From a virus, in the IMG/VR virus record IMGVR_UViG_3300020392_000004: DNA of 64,000 nt. One strand, given 5' to 3'. Under the pieces are notes generated by a model. That model was not told the origin of the DNA, did not search any database, and saw only the letters and a list, made by a program, of their open reading frames with translations. Both the position numbers and the translations under genes were made by a program. Below are positions 29,786-38,368 of this stretch, one piece after another. How positions within the stretch are numbered: the first letter of the stretch is position 1; every line of letters starts with the position of its first letter.

Positions 29786-30091
29786 TCACTTTCGGGACTG
29801 TATGTCCATATGCTTTTTAATAGTCTTTACAGACTTTTCTCTTTTAATATCTTTACTCCCATGTCTTGCATGAACTTCGGAGCCTGGGTGTGCGTCACCT
29901 ATCTTGTTTAACACATCTTTGAATCCACCGTCTACCTTCACACGGTCACCGTGACCACCTATGATATTAGGAGCTCCAATAACTTGTTTGATATGTGGAT
30001 TCTTTTTTAAGAACTTTTCTTTGTCTGCAATAGACATTAACATTTCAAATGATTCGTCTAGTTCTTCGTGGTAAAATTCGTATAAAGGCAT
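29786..30091 (-). CDS. FmdB-like putative regulatory protein
   Basis: MPLYEF start at 30091; F..VL.KI...HP pattern. Confidence 0.7.
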   Translation of the reverse strand: MPLYEFYHEELDESFEMLMSIADKEKFLKKNPHIKQVIGAPNIIGGHGDRVKVDGGFKDVLNKIGDAHPGSEVHARHGSKDIKREKSVKTIKKHMDIQSRK

Positions 30092-30630
30092 TATGCATAA
30101 CTCATAAATTGTGGGACTTCTCTTCCAGTCCATTTTGCAAAGTCTTTTTTGTAGACTGCATAGTATTTATGATAGGCAGAAATAGAATCATTTGGAACCT
30201 TAACATCGTCAGGCATACATTGTGGTGGTTCAGACCACTCACCTAGTTTAATATTGTCAGGCAGACAGTTTAGTATGTCTCTCAATTTAGTATCAGTGAG
30301 GTGTTCTCTCTCATACCTGTATGTGTATTCGTTGCATAGATTCTCAAACATATCATATGCATACTGATATTGAATTGCATTCTCACGAACCCATAATGTA
30401 GAAGGGTGATTGATATGAGAAGCTTTGTATAAGTAAGGTTCTCTGTCGGGGTCTAGTTCCCACCTTCTGATTCTACGACCACTTGAAGAATCGATATATT
30501 CATGACCGTCCAACATTCTATGTGCAGTCGATAACATTTGTGCATACTCAATAATCATTTTACATACATGTTTGTCACAATGTAATGTTGCAGAAATTCT
30601 AGGTTCTTTGTGTAAATAAAATAAATTCAT
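30091..30630 (-). CDS. denV: Pyrimidine-dimer DNA glycosylase (DenV-like)
   Basis: MNLFYL...CDKHV.KM..E.AQMLSTAH, H.NHP...W and PQCMP motifs. Confidence 0.8.
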   Translation of the reverse strand: MNLFYLHKEPRISATLHCDKHVCKMIIEYAQMLSTAHRMLDGHEYIDSSSGRRIRRWELDPDREPYLYKASHINHPSTLWVRENAIQYQYAYDMFENLCNEYTYRYEREHLTDTKLRDILNCLPDNIKLGEWSEPPQCMPDDVKVPNDSISAYHKYYAVYKKDFAKWTGREVPQFMSYA

Positions 30631-30803
30631 TATCGGTTCTCCTTCAACCATTCAATATAAGTCATGGGGTCTCTAGTTTTTTTCACATACTCTTGATATT
30701 TTTCTTTGTTCTCTTTTGACTCTGTCATGGACTTAACCCATTCATCGGAATTGTTCTCCCACCTTTTTGAGTTGTTCATGTAGTCGTGCCAAAGTTGTTT
30801 CAT
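30630..30803 (-). CDS. Small hypothetical protein (57 aa)
   Basis: MKQLWHDYMNN...; coupled to both neighbours; below the ORF-track cutoff. Confidence 0.6.
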   Translation of the reverse strand: MKQLWHDYMNNSKRWENNSDEWVKSMTESKENKEKYQEYVKKTRDPMTYIEWLKENR

Positions 30804-31051
30804 ATCTGTTTATGTTGTATTGTTTCTACTGGATTCCATACTCCAACACCTAATCCATCTTCAAACATATCATTACAAATTAATCTCATTTGGTCTTTTG
30901 TTTGAAAATAATAATTAGTTAGTTTCACATTATAGTCAACACCTTGACTTTTAGTTGCATTGGTGCTGTCTTCTAAAATATAGTAGGGCCATATACCTAG
31001 TAGTTTGTCATAGAAGACTCTAAACTTTTTTCCCTCTGCAACTCGTTTCAT
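30800..31051 (-). CDS. Hypothetical protein
   Basis: Translationally coupled ORF. Confidence 0.6.
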   Translation of the reverse strand: MKRVAEGKKFRVFYDKLLGIWPYYILEDSTNATKSQGVDYNVKLTNYYFQTKDQMRLICNDMFEDGLGVGVWNPVETIQHKQI

Positions 31052-31581
31052 TTATAAAATATATGATTGTTAATATAAACCGTCTCGTTTAAATGTTCTG
31101 CCCAATAGGGTAAAATATAATCTGCATGATACCACATTGCACCTTCTGTTATATCTATCTGTTCTTCTTTGATAAAGGACTGTGCAATTGATAGACACTC
31201 TTCCCATGTCTTACTGTCTTTTGGTTCGTCTGACTTACCGTCACAGAACCAACTGAATTGACACATTCCTAATTTAGGAACTACATTTCCTGTCCAAGAA
31301 GTTCTCCATTCTTTTGTTTCATGTATCACATCACAATAAGTATCGGGAAACTGCCAAGACTCCATTCGATTTTTCACTACATGGGCAACAGCAAGTTTGC
31401 CTGCCAGTGGCTGATTACCAGCTTCGAAGTAAATGTTTTTTGCAAGACAGAATGCGTCATTGTTCGCGTCACTTGCATATACTTTAGGTGAAAAAACTCC
31501 TATCCCAAATCCTAGGGTAAGACCTATCAAAAACCAAACTATCATTGGTCTAAAATCTTGAAACATATTTACAGCCTCCAA
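31048..31581 (-). CDS. SleB-like cell wall hydrolase (Hydrolase_2) with N-terminal TM helix
   Basis: CLA.NIYFEA, V..V..NR, CQFSW..DGK.D, YHADY..P.W and HIFY motifs. Confidence 0.88.
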   Translation of the reverse strand: MEAVNMFQDFRPMIVWFLIGLTLGFGIGVFSPKVYASDANNDAFCLAKNIYFEAGNQPLAGKLAVAHVVKNRMESWQFPDTYCDVIHETKEWRTSWTGNVVPKLGMCQFSWFCDGKSDEPKDSKTWEECLSIAQSFIKEEQIDITEGAMWYHADYILPYWAEHLNETVYINNHIFYK

Positions 31582-31822
31582 AGTAATGTTCGTTTACAAA
31601 GTCTTTATCCCACTTTGTAGATAACTTATTTAAAAAACTAGAACGGTCAACGAGATAATTTAGATACTCTAGTATCGTTATCCTAACATTGTGGGGTTCT
31701 TGTTTCTCTAGTGTTAAAAAATTTGCAACCAAAAAACTTCCCATGAATACTAAATCAACCCATAGAAATAGTAAGGGAAGTCCAAAAACTGCAAATGCAA
31801 ATAGTAAATAAAATTCCGTCAT
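31550..31822 (-). CDS. Hypothetical membrane protein
   Basis: Hydrophobic N-terminus; AGGAGG Shine-Dalgarno. Confidence 0.6.
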   Translation of the reverse strand: MTEFYLLFAFAVFGLPLLFLWVDLVFMGSFLVANFLTLEKQEPHNVRITILEYLNYLVDRSSFLNKLSTKWDKDFVNEHYFGGCKYVSRF

Positions 31823-32019
31823 GTTATGCCTCCTAACATTAATCCACTTCTAAATGCAATTAGTATCTGCATAGTGGGTGGAAAGAAATAAAAATATGTT
31901 AAGACTCCCAAGATTATTATTAAGATTGCAACTGCAAGCTTTACTGTAAACTTAAGAACACTGGGAAAAACTTTTATCCCTATGTATATAACAGTAAGTA
32001 ATCCAATTAGTTCTAACAT
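31819..32019 (-). CDS. Hypothetical membrane protein
   Basis: Two hydrophobic segments. Confidence 0.6.
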   Translation of the reverse strand: MLELIGLLTVIYIGIKVFPSVLKFTVKLAVAILIIILGVLTYFYFFPPTMQILIAFRSGLMLGGIT

Positions 32020-32020
32020 A

Positions 32021-32137
32021 TTACTCCCAAGGTAATGGTATTCTCTTACCTCGTTTTTGTTCTTCGACTACATGACAACTCATGTAGCAAAAAAGACCTG
32101 CGACAGTGCATATAATTATTCCAATAAAAATATCCAT
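32021..32137 (-). CDS. Small membrane peptide (38 aa)
   Basis: MDIFIGIIICTVAGLFCYMSCHVVEEQKRGKRIPLPWE fills the gap exactly. Confidence 0.55.
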   Translation of the reverse strand: MDIFIGIIICTVAGLFCYMSCHVVEEQKRGKRIPLPWE

Positions 32138-32331
32138 TAGTATCCGCTGGTATGACATGAATATTCAGTAGGACAATCTACAGTCCCACATACACATTCA
32201 CCTTCTTTTAGATTTTCCTCTTCGGGTGCAAACTCACGAGGGTGTTTCACACCATAGGTTTCTAAATTGTAAACCTCTTCGGGTGATAGTTTACCACCCG
32301 AAGTCTCTGATAAAATTTTATAATGATTCAT
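32137..32331 (-). CDS. Small Cys-rich hypothetical protein
   Basis: C-terminal CVCG..DC..EY.CH, a possible Zn site. Confidence 0.6.
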   Translation of the reverse strand: MNHYKILSETSGGKLSPEEVYNLETYGVKHPREFAPEEENLKEGECVCGTVDCPTEYSCHTSGY

Positions 32332-32333
32332 AA

Positions 32334-32684
32334 TTACCTCAAATAATCAGGGCCATACAATCTCATTGAGTTTGGATATATTTCATATCCTTGAAAGAGA
32401 TTGCCCCTTGGTGCATTCAGAGCTGGAGTGTTCCAACCAGCACACTTAAGAACATCACCTTCTTTGAAAGTGATACCTGTTGCACCTTTCTGAAATTCTT
32501 TCTTGTTAATAAAACCCCAAGCAGACCTTGGTTGTCCATCTTCTACTGAAAAAATACGAATGTATTTTTGACCCACAGAATAGTTGTGAGTAGTGACTCC
32601 ACGAGAATGTTCCCATTTCTCATGCATTGCATTAGTCAAGTCGTCACAAAGTTGCTCGACTAACACTTTCAATTCTTTCTTCAT
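32334..32684 (-). CDS. Conserved T4-like early hypothetical protein
   Basis: G.KYI.I...GD.LK.AGW..PA....RGN motif; AGGAG Shine-Dalgarno. Confidence 0.7.
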   Translation of the reverse strand: MKKELKVLVEQLCDDLTNAMHEKWEHSRGVTTHNYSVGQKYIRIFSVEDGQPRSAWGFINKKEFQKGATGITFKEGDVLKCAGWNTPALNAPRGNLFQGYEIYPNSMRLYGPDYLR

Positions 32685-32779
32685 ATAGTCTCTCCTAAAA
32701 AAATTAATAATATAAACCCAAACATAGGGACAATGAAGTCACTATCTAGGAGTCCGTGTTTTTCTATAAATCTCATCAT
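32681..32779 (-). CDS. Small leaderless membrane peptide (32 aa)
   Basis: MMRFIEKHGLLDSDFIVPMFGFILLIFLGETI; the ATG is 7 nt from the -10 box. Confidence 0.5.
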   Translation of the reverse strand: MMRFIEKHGLLDSDFIVPMFGFILLIFLGETI

Positions 32780-32785
32780 GTTTAT

Positions 32786-32817
32786 AGTATACTAAAAAGC
32801 CGAACCCATTGTCAAGG
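32786..32817 (-). promoter_or_regulatory. Early promoter, class A
   Basis: CCTTGACAATG-N6-GCTTTTTAGTATACT. Confidence 0.85.
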
Positions 32818-32818
32818 C

Positions 32819-32913
32819 AAAAAAGGAGGGGTGGGTCTCACACATCAATCGTGTAAATGCTTGTGGATTTTGTGATACTTGACCCATTATCCCTTCCCCG
32901 AGTCTTACGACCC
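32819..32913 (-). ncRNA. Candidate sRNA or extended intrinsic terminator
   Basis: GUAA-capped hairpin, then a long interrupted hairpin and U6. Confidence 0.5.
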
Positions 32914-32917
32914 TAAA

Positions 32918-33271
32918 CTATGCAACCTCACTATATGCTGGTTCTATTGAGTTCTCAAGGATTGCTTCTGCAATATCCTCTGCCTCATAACTGAACCCAC
33001 CTACATTCCAAGAACATTCGTTCACAGGAATACAACCGTATTTCCAGCTGTATATTGAAATGTCTTCGTAAGTGTAATCTTCTGAATCGTATGGGTCTTC
33101 AACCTTTACAGTCAAATTCCATTCACAGCTCACCTTTGCATAAGGGTCTGCGTCAGTGTAAGAAGGTTTTCCTAGAACGGAAACCAATTTATCGTATGTG
33201 GTAATTATATTACCCTTGAGGGAAGAACCTGTCTTCCCAACTTCGTTTACTTCATATTCTAATATTTTCAT
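32918..33271 (-). CDS. Conserved hypothetical protein
   Basis: Y..LV..LG.P, KV..EW and W.VGG pattern; GGAG before the ATG at 33271. Confidence 0.65.
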   Translation of the reverse strand: MKILEYEVNEVGKTGSSLKGNIITTYDKLVSVLGKPSYTDADPYAKVSCEWNLTVKVEDPYDSEDYTYEDISIYSWKYGCIPVNECSWNVGGFSYEAEDIAEAILENSIEPAYSEVA

Positions 33272-33294
33272 AATACTCTCCAATCTATACAAGT

Positions 33295-33328
33295 ATTATA
33301 ACATTTTTTGGGCCTTATAGTCAAGGCC
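33295..33328 (-). promoter_or_regulatory. Early promoter, class B
   Basis: GGCCTTGACT-18-TATAAT with CAAAAAATGT in the spacer. Confidence 0.8.
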
Positions 33329-33559
33329 ATATTTGTCCAAATAAAACTGAACAGCTTTCTTCTCTAAAACATTAAGGTCTTCTGCACCTTGAAATCTAGA
33401 CCATGTAGTTCCAGTTGTGACTAACTTATTTCCAGCAGTCACAGCTGCATTCCACATTTCATCATTCTTTGGGAATATCTCGTTCCTCTCACACATTGTG
33501 ATAAGGTTCCGTCCCATACGGACAATCTTGTCTTCGTATCTATCGTATATTGAATCCAT
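33296..33559 (-). CDS. Hypothetical protein
   Basis: GGAG Shine-Dalgarno; downstream of an early promoter. Confidence 0.65.
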   Translation of the reverse strand: MDSIYDRYEDKIVRMGRNLITMCERNEIFPKNDEMWNAAVTAGNKLVTTGTTWSRFQGAEDLNVLEKKAVQFYLDKYGLDYKAQKML

Positions 33560-33591
33560 AACAAATCTCCATTTAGTTTGTATTGGATACT

Positions 33592-33623
33592 AGTATACTA
33601 AAAAGCCTATGGCATTGTAAAGG
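33592..33623 (-). promoter_or_regulatory. Early promoter, class A
   Basis: CCTTTACAATG-N6-GCTTTTTAGTATACT. Confidence 0.8.
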
Positions 33624-33633
33624 GGTTTTTGAA

Positions 33634-33888
33634 TTATAATCCTGCTTTTATTTTATCTAATTCGAGGATTTTTTTGTTTATGATATCGACACGGTTAGGC
33701 CAATAGATATATTCCTTATCAGAATCCTTTGCAAGATTCTCTAGTAAAGGTCTGATAAAGTCGTCTAGTTTTTCAATGATTACTTTTGCTTCTTGGGTCG
33801 AACTTGATATTGATACATCAACCTTCTTTAGTCCTTCACCGTCTAAAGCAGTAAAACCAAAATCGTTGTATTCTATTTCTGAACTCAT
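33634..33888 (-). CDS. Conserved late hypothetical protein
   Basis: DFGFTA and PLL.NL.K...K.YIYWPNR motifs; TATAAATA at 33894-33901. Confidence 0.7.
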   Translation of the reverse strand: MSSEIEYNDFGFTALDGEGLKKVDVSISSSTQEAKVIIEKLDDFIRPLLENLAKDSDKEYIYWPNRVDIINKKILELDKIKAGL

Positions 33889-33896
33889 ACTATTAT

Positions 33897-35057
33897 TTAT
33901 AGTAATGGATTGCGTGAACCTACAGCTTCTCCTATAGAATTGAACCCGTCTTTCTTGAGTAGTTTGACTAGACCTCTGTTAATCTCATTGATATTTTGTG
34001 GGCCGTCAAATATCATTGTGGTAATCATGTGAAGTAAACTTGCACCTGATGTAATCTTTTCGTAAGCGTCTTTTGCACTAAAGATTCCGCCCACTCCAAT
34101 GATAGTCACTTTACCTTTAGTTCGTCTGTATACATGTCGAATAACATCTGTAGATATTCTTGATAGAGGTTGCCCACTCATTGCACCCTTACCAGCTGGA
34201 AGTCTACCGTCTACTGTAGGATATTCTTCGGGTCTATGTTCAGTATTGAATTGTGGTTTTGCAAGGTTAGTGCAAACAAATCCGTCTATACCATGTTCCA
34301 TACTTGTATCTACAATAGTATTGATTTCGTCTATCGTCATGTCGGCTGCAAGTTTTATATAAATTGGTTTATCACTGATAGGTCTAATCTCTTCATTGAC
34401 TGCACAAAGTAATTCACATAGATTGTCTTTGTCTACAAACGGTTCACCCTCTTGAGTATTAGGACAACTGATATTGATATCGTAATAGTCTCCTACATCT
34501 TTGAATGCTTTCATTGTCTTGAGGTAATCACTGATAGAATCTTCTAATATAAACTCGGGTGTTAAGTTAGAGTTGGCTGCATTGATACCGACCTTAAGTC
34601 TTCCAAAGTCAAAGTCTTTTAGTCGTGAAGATATCTTTTCTGCACCTTCGTTATTCAGACCATACCATACAACAATAGCTTTAGACTTAATCATTCTGAA
34701 TAATCTCTTGCCTGGGTTGCCTGGGCAAACTTCTCCAGTGAACGAACCAAGTTCTGCAAGACCAAATCCCATTGAAGGATATATCTTTCCTAACTCTCCG
34801 TCCTTATCGAATCCTGCTGATAAACCTACGGGGTTCCTATACTGGATACCGTCAACCTCTATGTTTAGACTCTTATGATTGTAGTCCATGAGTAAACTTG
34901 TTAATCCTCTAGTGATAGGATTACTGCCCAAGAATACACCTACTCTCTTCAAAGAGTAATGAGCTTGTTCGGGTTCCATAAGGAATATAAGAGGTCTCAT
35001 TAAACGATACCCCGCCCACATGATTTTATTTCTTATACCAATAATTGTGCTGTGCAT
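33897..35057 (-). CDS. pyrD: Dihydroorotate dehydrogenase (quinone, class 2)
   Basis: EPEQAH, NPVGLSAGFDK, GNP..RLFR, NISCPNT, KLA.D, GAMSG, IIGVGGI and GASL motifs. Confidence 0.93.
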   Translation of the reverse strand: MHSTIIGIRNKIMWAGYRLMRPLIFLMEPEQAHYSLKRVGVFLGSNPITRGLTSLLMDYNHKSLNIEVDGIQYRNPVGLSAGFDKDGELGKIYPSMGFGLAELGSFTGEVCPGNPGKRLFRMIKSKAIVVWYGLNNEGAEKISSRLKDFDFGRLKVGINAANSNLTPEFILEDSISDYLKTMKAFKDVGDYYDINISCPNTQEGEPFVDKDNLCELLCAVNEEIRPISDKPIYIKLAADMTIDEINTIVDTSMEHGIDGFVCTNLAKPQFNTEHRPEEYPTVDGRLPAGKGAMSGQPLSRISTDVIRHVYRRTKGKVTIIGVGGIFSAKDAYEKITSGASLLHMITTMIFDGPQNINEINRGLVKLLKKDGFNSIGEAVGSRNPLL

Positions 35058-35130
35058 TATAATCTCCGTTTATATTTGCATATTAGTATAATTTATTTAG
35101 GGATTCTAAACAGTGAACTTATGGAATATA

Positions 35131-35724
35131 TTAATTATCTTTATTGAATTTAAGGAAATCTTTTTCTAGTTCCAGTAGTGTCTGTTTATCATTCTGAACT
35201 TCTATATAGTTTGCATGTGCAGACACAGTCATGTCTGTAATTTCTATATTTGGATTTGCAATCAACCATGAAACTAATTCTGCAACTTCTCCATGAGATA
35301 AACTTGGTAAGTCGTCATTGTTCAAAAGACCTAGATTCAAAGTTGTCATTTTGTATTGTCTGTCAGAATTATAAGTTAGATTATTTGCAAGGTGATTAAG
35401 TGCAGCTTTTTCAGCTGCATAAACATGACCTTTAGATATGTTTGGTTGAGCTGCTCGAGAACTGAAATTAATTAGATATTTACTTCGGTCTTCTTTCCAT
35501 GCTTGGTGTGTGATATCTAAAATCCTAGTTTGTTCAAAACCTTTGTGTGCAAAGTTAATTAGAACATCTACATGATTAGAATTATTAGAATCAAATCCCC
35601 ACCAGTTAGTTCCGTTCATTGTAAGGTCTTCAACTCTTGGAGTAGATACCTTTATATCTTGTTCTTCTAGTTTATCTTTGATTACTCTTGCAAGACCACT
35701 AGTTCCTGTTATTGCCACCTTCAT
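35131..35724 (-). CDS. Short SDR-like Rossmann oxidoreductase
   Basis: MKVAITGTSGLA, INFSS and YAAEK (YxxxK) motifs. Confidence 0.75.
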   Translation of the reverse strand: MKVAITGTSGLARVIKDKLEEQDIKVSTPRVEDLTMNGTNWWGFDSNNSNHVDVLINFAHKGFEQTRILDITHQAWKEDRSKYLINFSSRAAQPNISKGHVYAAEKAALNHLANNLTYNSDRQYKMTTLNLGLLNNDDLPSLSHGEVAELVSWLIANPNIEITDMTVSAHANYIEVQNDKQTLLELEKDFLKFNKDN

Positions 35725-36619
35725 AATATTTCCTCACTATATCGAAAGACGGTTTACCAAATAACGAACCGTCTACACTACATTTATTACACGGAGATAA
35801 ACTTCTATCTCCTTTCATTAATTTTTTACGAATCTTTGTCATAGGTTTACTGAACCAAACTTCATGTAGAGACATTGTCAAAAGATTACCCACGACATGT
35901 TCTCTTCCCCAATCGTTAGAACAGAATAAGACATCACCATTCCAATCTACAAACATTTTATAAAAAGGATAATGACATGGTTTACCTTGAAGTGATTTGA
36001 TATCACTTTCTTCAACACCGACCCAGTCTATCACTCCACTTCTATTGTTAAGTATTAATCCATGTTTCTCAAAGTCACCCCAGTGCATTCTAAATTTATA
36101 TCTGTCTTCTCTAGTTTCTTTCAACATAGATTCGAAGTGTTCTATTTGTTCTATCCCGTCATAAAGATTTATGTAAAGTAAATCAAGACCAGCTCTATAC
36201 AAATCATTGATATATTTTTCTGTTAGTCTATCACCATTTGTATTACATTCTAATGTTGCAGTAGGTAAATAAAATCTAAACTCCTTCACTATCTCTATGA
36301 AGTTTGGATTGAGAAGGTTCTCTCCAAATCCACTGAAAGATATTTTACCATTATATTGATTATCTGCTAACTCTTCTGCAATGGTTTGAGCACCCTTAAT
36401 TGTAAGGTGGAGATTCCTGTTGGGAAATACTGTTGGGTCATGTCTTGGACAAAAGACACATGACCTGTTGCACAGCTCAGTAGTATTAATTTCAACCGTA
36501 AGAATTGAGTCAAGGGGTTGAGTAAAATTTTTATCATTCCAGTGTTTCTTTTCCTGTTCTCTTCTATGCTCTAGAAAATCAAACTGGTCTACAGCATTTA
36601 TAGGAATGTTCCTAGACAT
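35699..36619 (-). CDS. Radical SAM/SPASM domain protein
   Basis: CNRSCVFC, GFGENLL and NTNG; C-terminal C..PF...GDV.FC..D...GN...C..C. Likely start MSRN at 36619. Confidence 0.9.
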   Translation of the reverse strand: MSRNIPINAVDQFDFLEHRREQEKKHWNDKNFTQPLDSILTVEINTTELCNRSCVFCPRHDPTVFPNRNLHLTIKGAQTIAEELADNQYNGKISFSGFGENLLNPNFIEIVKEFRFYLPTATLECNTNGDRLTEKYINDLYRAGLDLLYINLYDGIEQIEHFESMLKETREDRYKFRMHWGDFEKHGLILNNRSGVIDWVGVEESDIKSLQGKPCHYPFYKMFVDWNGDVLFCSNDWGREHVVGNLLTMSLHEVWFSKPMTKIRKKLMKGDRSLSPCNKCSVDGSLFGKPSFDIVRKYYEGGNNRN

Positions 36620-37034
36620 GTTCGACCATGAGATGTCTCTCTGTGTCTCCCTGTTCATGAACATAATTAAATTTTATTTCTTCACCAATTTCAAATGGTG
36701 ACCTATCACTTTGTATTAGAGTATAAGCATTATCCGTATCTCTATCAATAACAGTAGACCTAGGGTCTCCACCCAATGCAGAAAAGAATACAGGATACTC
36801 TGTCGAGTCTTCTAAATTGAATCTTGAAAAGATAAGCTTATCGTCTTCGAGGACGACATAGAGTTTATCGTCCCAACGAAAACCGACTTTGTTGACATAG
36901 TCCCATGGGATATCAAACCTTTGTAAGTCGGTTCTGTTTTTGTGTAGTTCTACAGAATCGTATAACTTTGATTGTTGTGAAACTTTGTGAGGAAGAACTT
37001 CACCATTAATTGAAGTATCCACCGTCTCTAACAT
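36612..37034 (-). CDS. Hypothetical protein
   Basis: ORF within the operon; start uncertain. Confidence 0.6.
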   Translation of the reverse strand: MLETVDTSINGEVLPHKVSQQSKLYDSVELHKNRTDLQRFDIPWDYVNKVGFRWDDKLYVVLEDDKLIFSRFNLEDSTEYPVFFSALGGDPRSTVIDRDTDNAYTLIQSDRSPFEIGEEIKFNYVHEQGDTERHLMVEHV

Positions 37035-38262
37035 TGGTGTCAGTTTCTTCAGCATTGTCTTCCTCATCTGTTTGTGCAGAAACAAACTCCCCACTATCCT
37101 GTAAGTCTTGAATAAAAGCTTCTGTTTGATTTATAAAAGAATCAATCATTTCAGTTTTAGTATCTTTGATATTTACATCGAACCCTAATGCTTTTGCTTC
37201 TGCTTTGATTTTAGTTTTTGTAAAACTTTCTAATTCTGTTCTTGTTGGAATAGTGACTTCTTCATATTCTTCTGTCTCTTCGACTTCTGCAATATTATCT
37301 TCTTCAACCATTCTAACCTTTGGTGCTTGAATCGGTTCTAGTTCTTCTTGCATTGTTTCAGACACACTCTTCTCGGTGTTCATCTTAAGGTTAGGTGCAT
37401 TACCACCACCTAGTATAGGTTGTGTTGTATGAGACTGTGGAATCGTTGCACCGTCTTTTGCAATTGTAGTTTTTGCTTGTGGCTCTGGTTGGAATGGAAC
37501 ATTCTCATTTGCCTTTGCAACTTCTTCTACAGTAGAATCAAAGTCTTCTGTTCCCTTTGCGTCTTCGGGAACTTCTAGTTCGATTGTCTGTTGTGCGTCT
37601 TCCCATTCTTTGAAAGACTTTTTAGTTGCCTCAACCTTTGCCTCGAACTTATCTTGGTCTGTAGGTTCGGGATTCAATGCTCTTGCAGTTTCAAATGCAC
37701 GACTCACTTTACTTTGTGTATCGCTTGCATATCTTTCTTGAATGATACTGTTGACCTCTGCAAGTTCTTCGGGTGATAGATTCTCTTGAGGTTGTCCTTC
37801 TTGTAATCCAACTACACCGTCTTGATTCAAGTCTAAACTAATACCATGTGATTTTAGAACTGCTTCCATTTGTGCAAGTCTATCTTCTACAGACTTTCTT
37901 AACTGTCTTTCAGCGTCTCTACTCTCTATAAGTTTTTGTTCTTTGTCTGCAAGTTCTTTTTGTTTTGCAAGAACATGTTCTTCTTGTAGTTGAGTCATTC
38001 TCCTTTGAGCATTCTGAACCTGTGTTTGATATTCAGCTAGTCCTTCTGTAAGTTCATTTCTGATTACAACATACGCGTCTAGGTCTTCAACCTTGGTTGG
38101 ACTTTCTAAAGATTGTTTAGTTAGGTTCTGAATAAACAGAGCAGTATTCGGTGATATCGATACTTTGTAGTTTGAGATTCTTTCTTGTATTCTCTCTAAC
38201 TCTGTCTTCTCGGGTGGAGTAGCACTATCTTGTGCAAATTCACTTTTAATTTCTTCTGCCAT
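37006..38262 (-). CDS. Acidic coiled-coil protein with EF-hand-like loop and C-terminal Rho-N/HeH-like helix pair
   Basis: DLNQDGVV loop; LESFTKTKIKAEAKALG...TK.EMI; late promoter upstream. Confidence 0.6.
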   Translation of the reverse strand: MAEEIKSEFAQDSATPPEKTELERIQERISNYKVSISPNTALFIQNLTKQSLESPTKVEDLDAYVVIRNELTEGLAEYQTQVQNAQRRMTQLQEEHVLAKQKELADKEQKLIESRDAERQLRKSVEDRLAQMEAVLKSHGISLDLNQDGVVGLQEGQPQENLSPEELAEVNSIIQERYASDTQSKVSRAFETARALNPEPTDQDKFEAKVEATKKSFKEWEDAQQTIELEVPEDAKGTEDFDSTVEEVAKANENVPFQPEPQAKTTIAKDGATIPQSHTTQPILGGGNAPNLKMNTEKSVSETMQEELEPIQAPKVRMVEEDNIAEVEETEEYEEVTIPTRTELESFTKTKIKAEAKALGFDVNIKDTKTEMIDSFINQTEAFIQDLQDSGEFVSAQTDEEDNAEETDTNVRDGGYFN

Positions 38263-38368
38263 ATTTAAGCTCCATGGAGTCCAACTCGACTAGAAAGTTT
38301 ACACACTGGAAAGTTAATGTTCCCTTTCCTTATTTTATGTATAGTCTCTGTGGACATATAATATTTAG
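38262..38368 (-). promoter_or_regulatory. Late promoter plus structured 5' leader
   Basis: CTAAATA at 38362-38368; nested stems GUCCA/UGGAC, GACUA/UAGUC and GGAAAG/CUUUCC. Confidence 0.55.

Noticed and set aside
38280-38356. Group I intron remnant (CAGAGACUA...UAGUC)
   Set aside because: The S element does not match, the region is too short and it does not interrupt a gene. A simple nested hairpin explains it.
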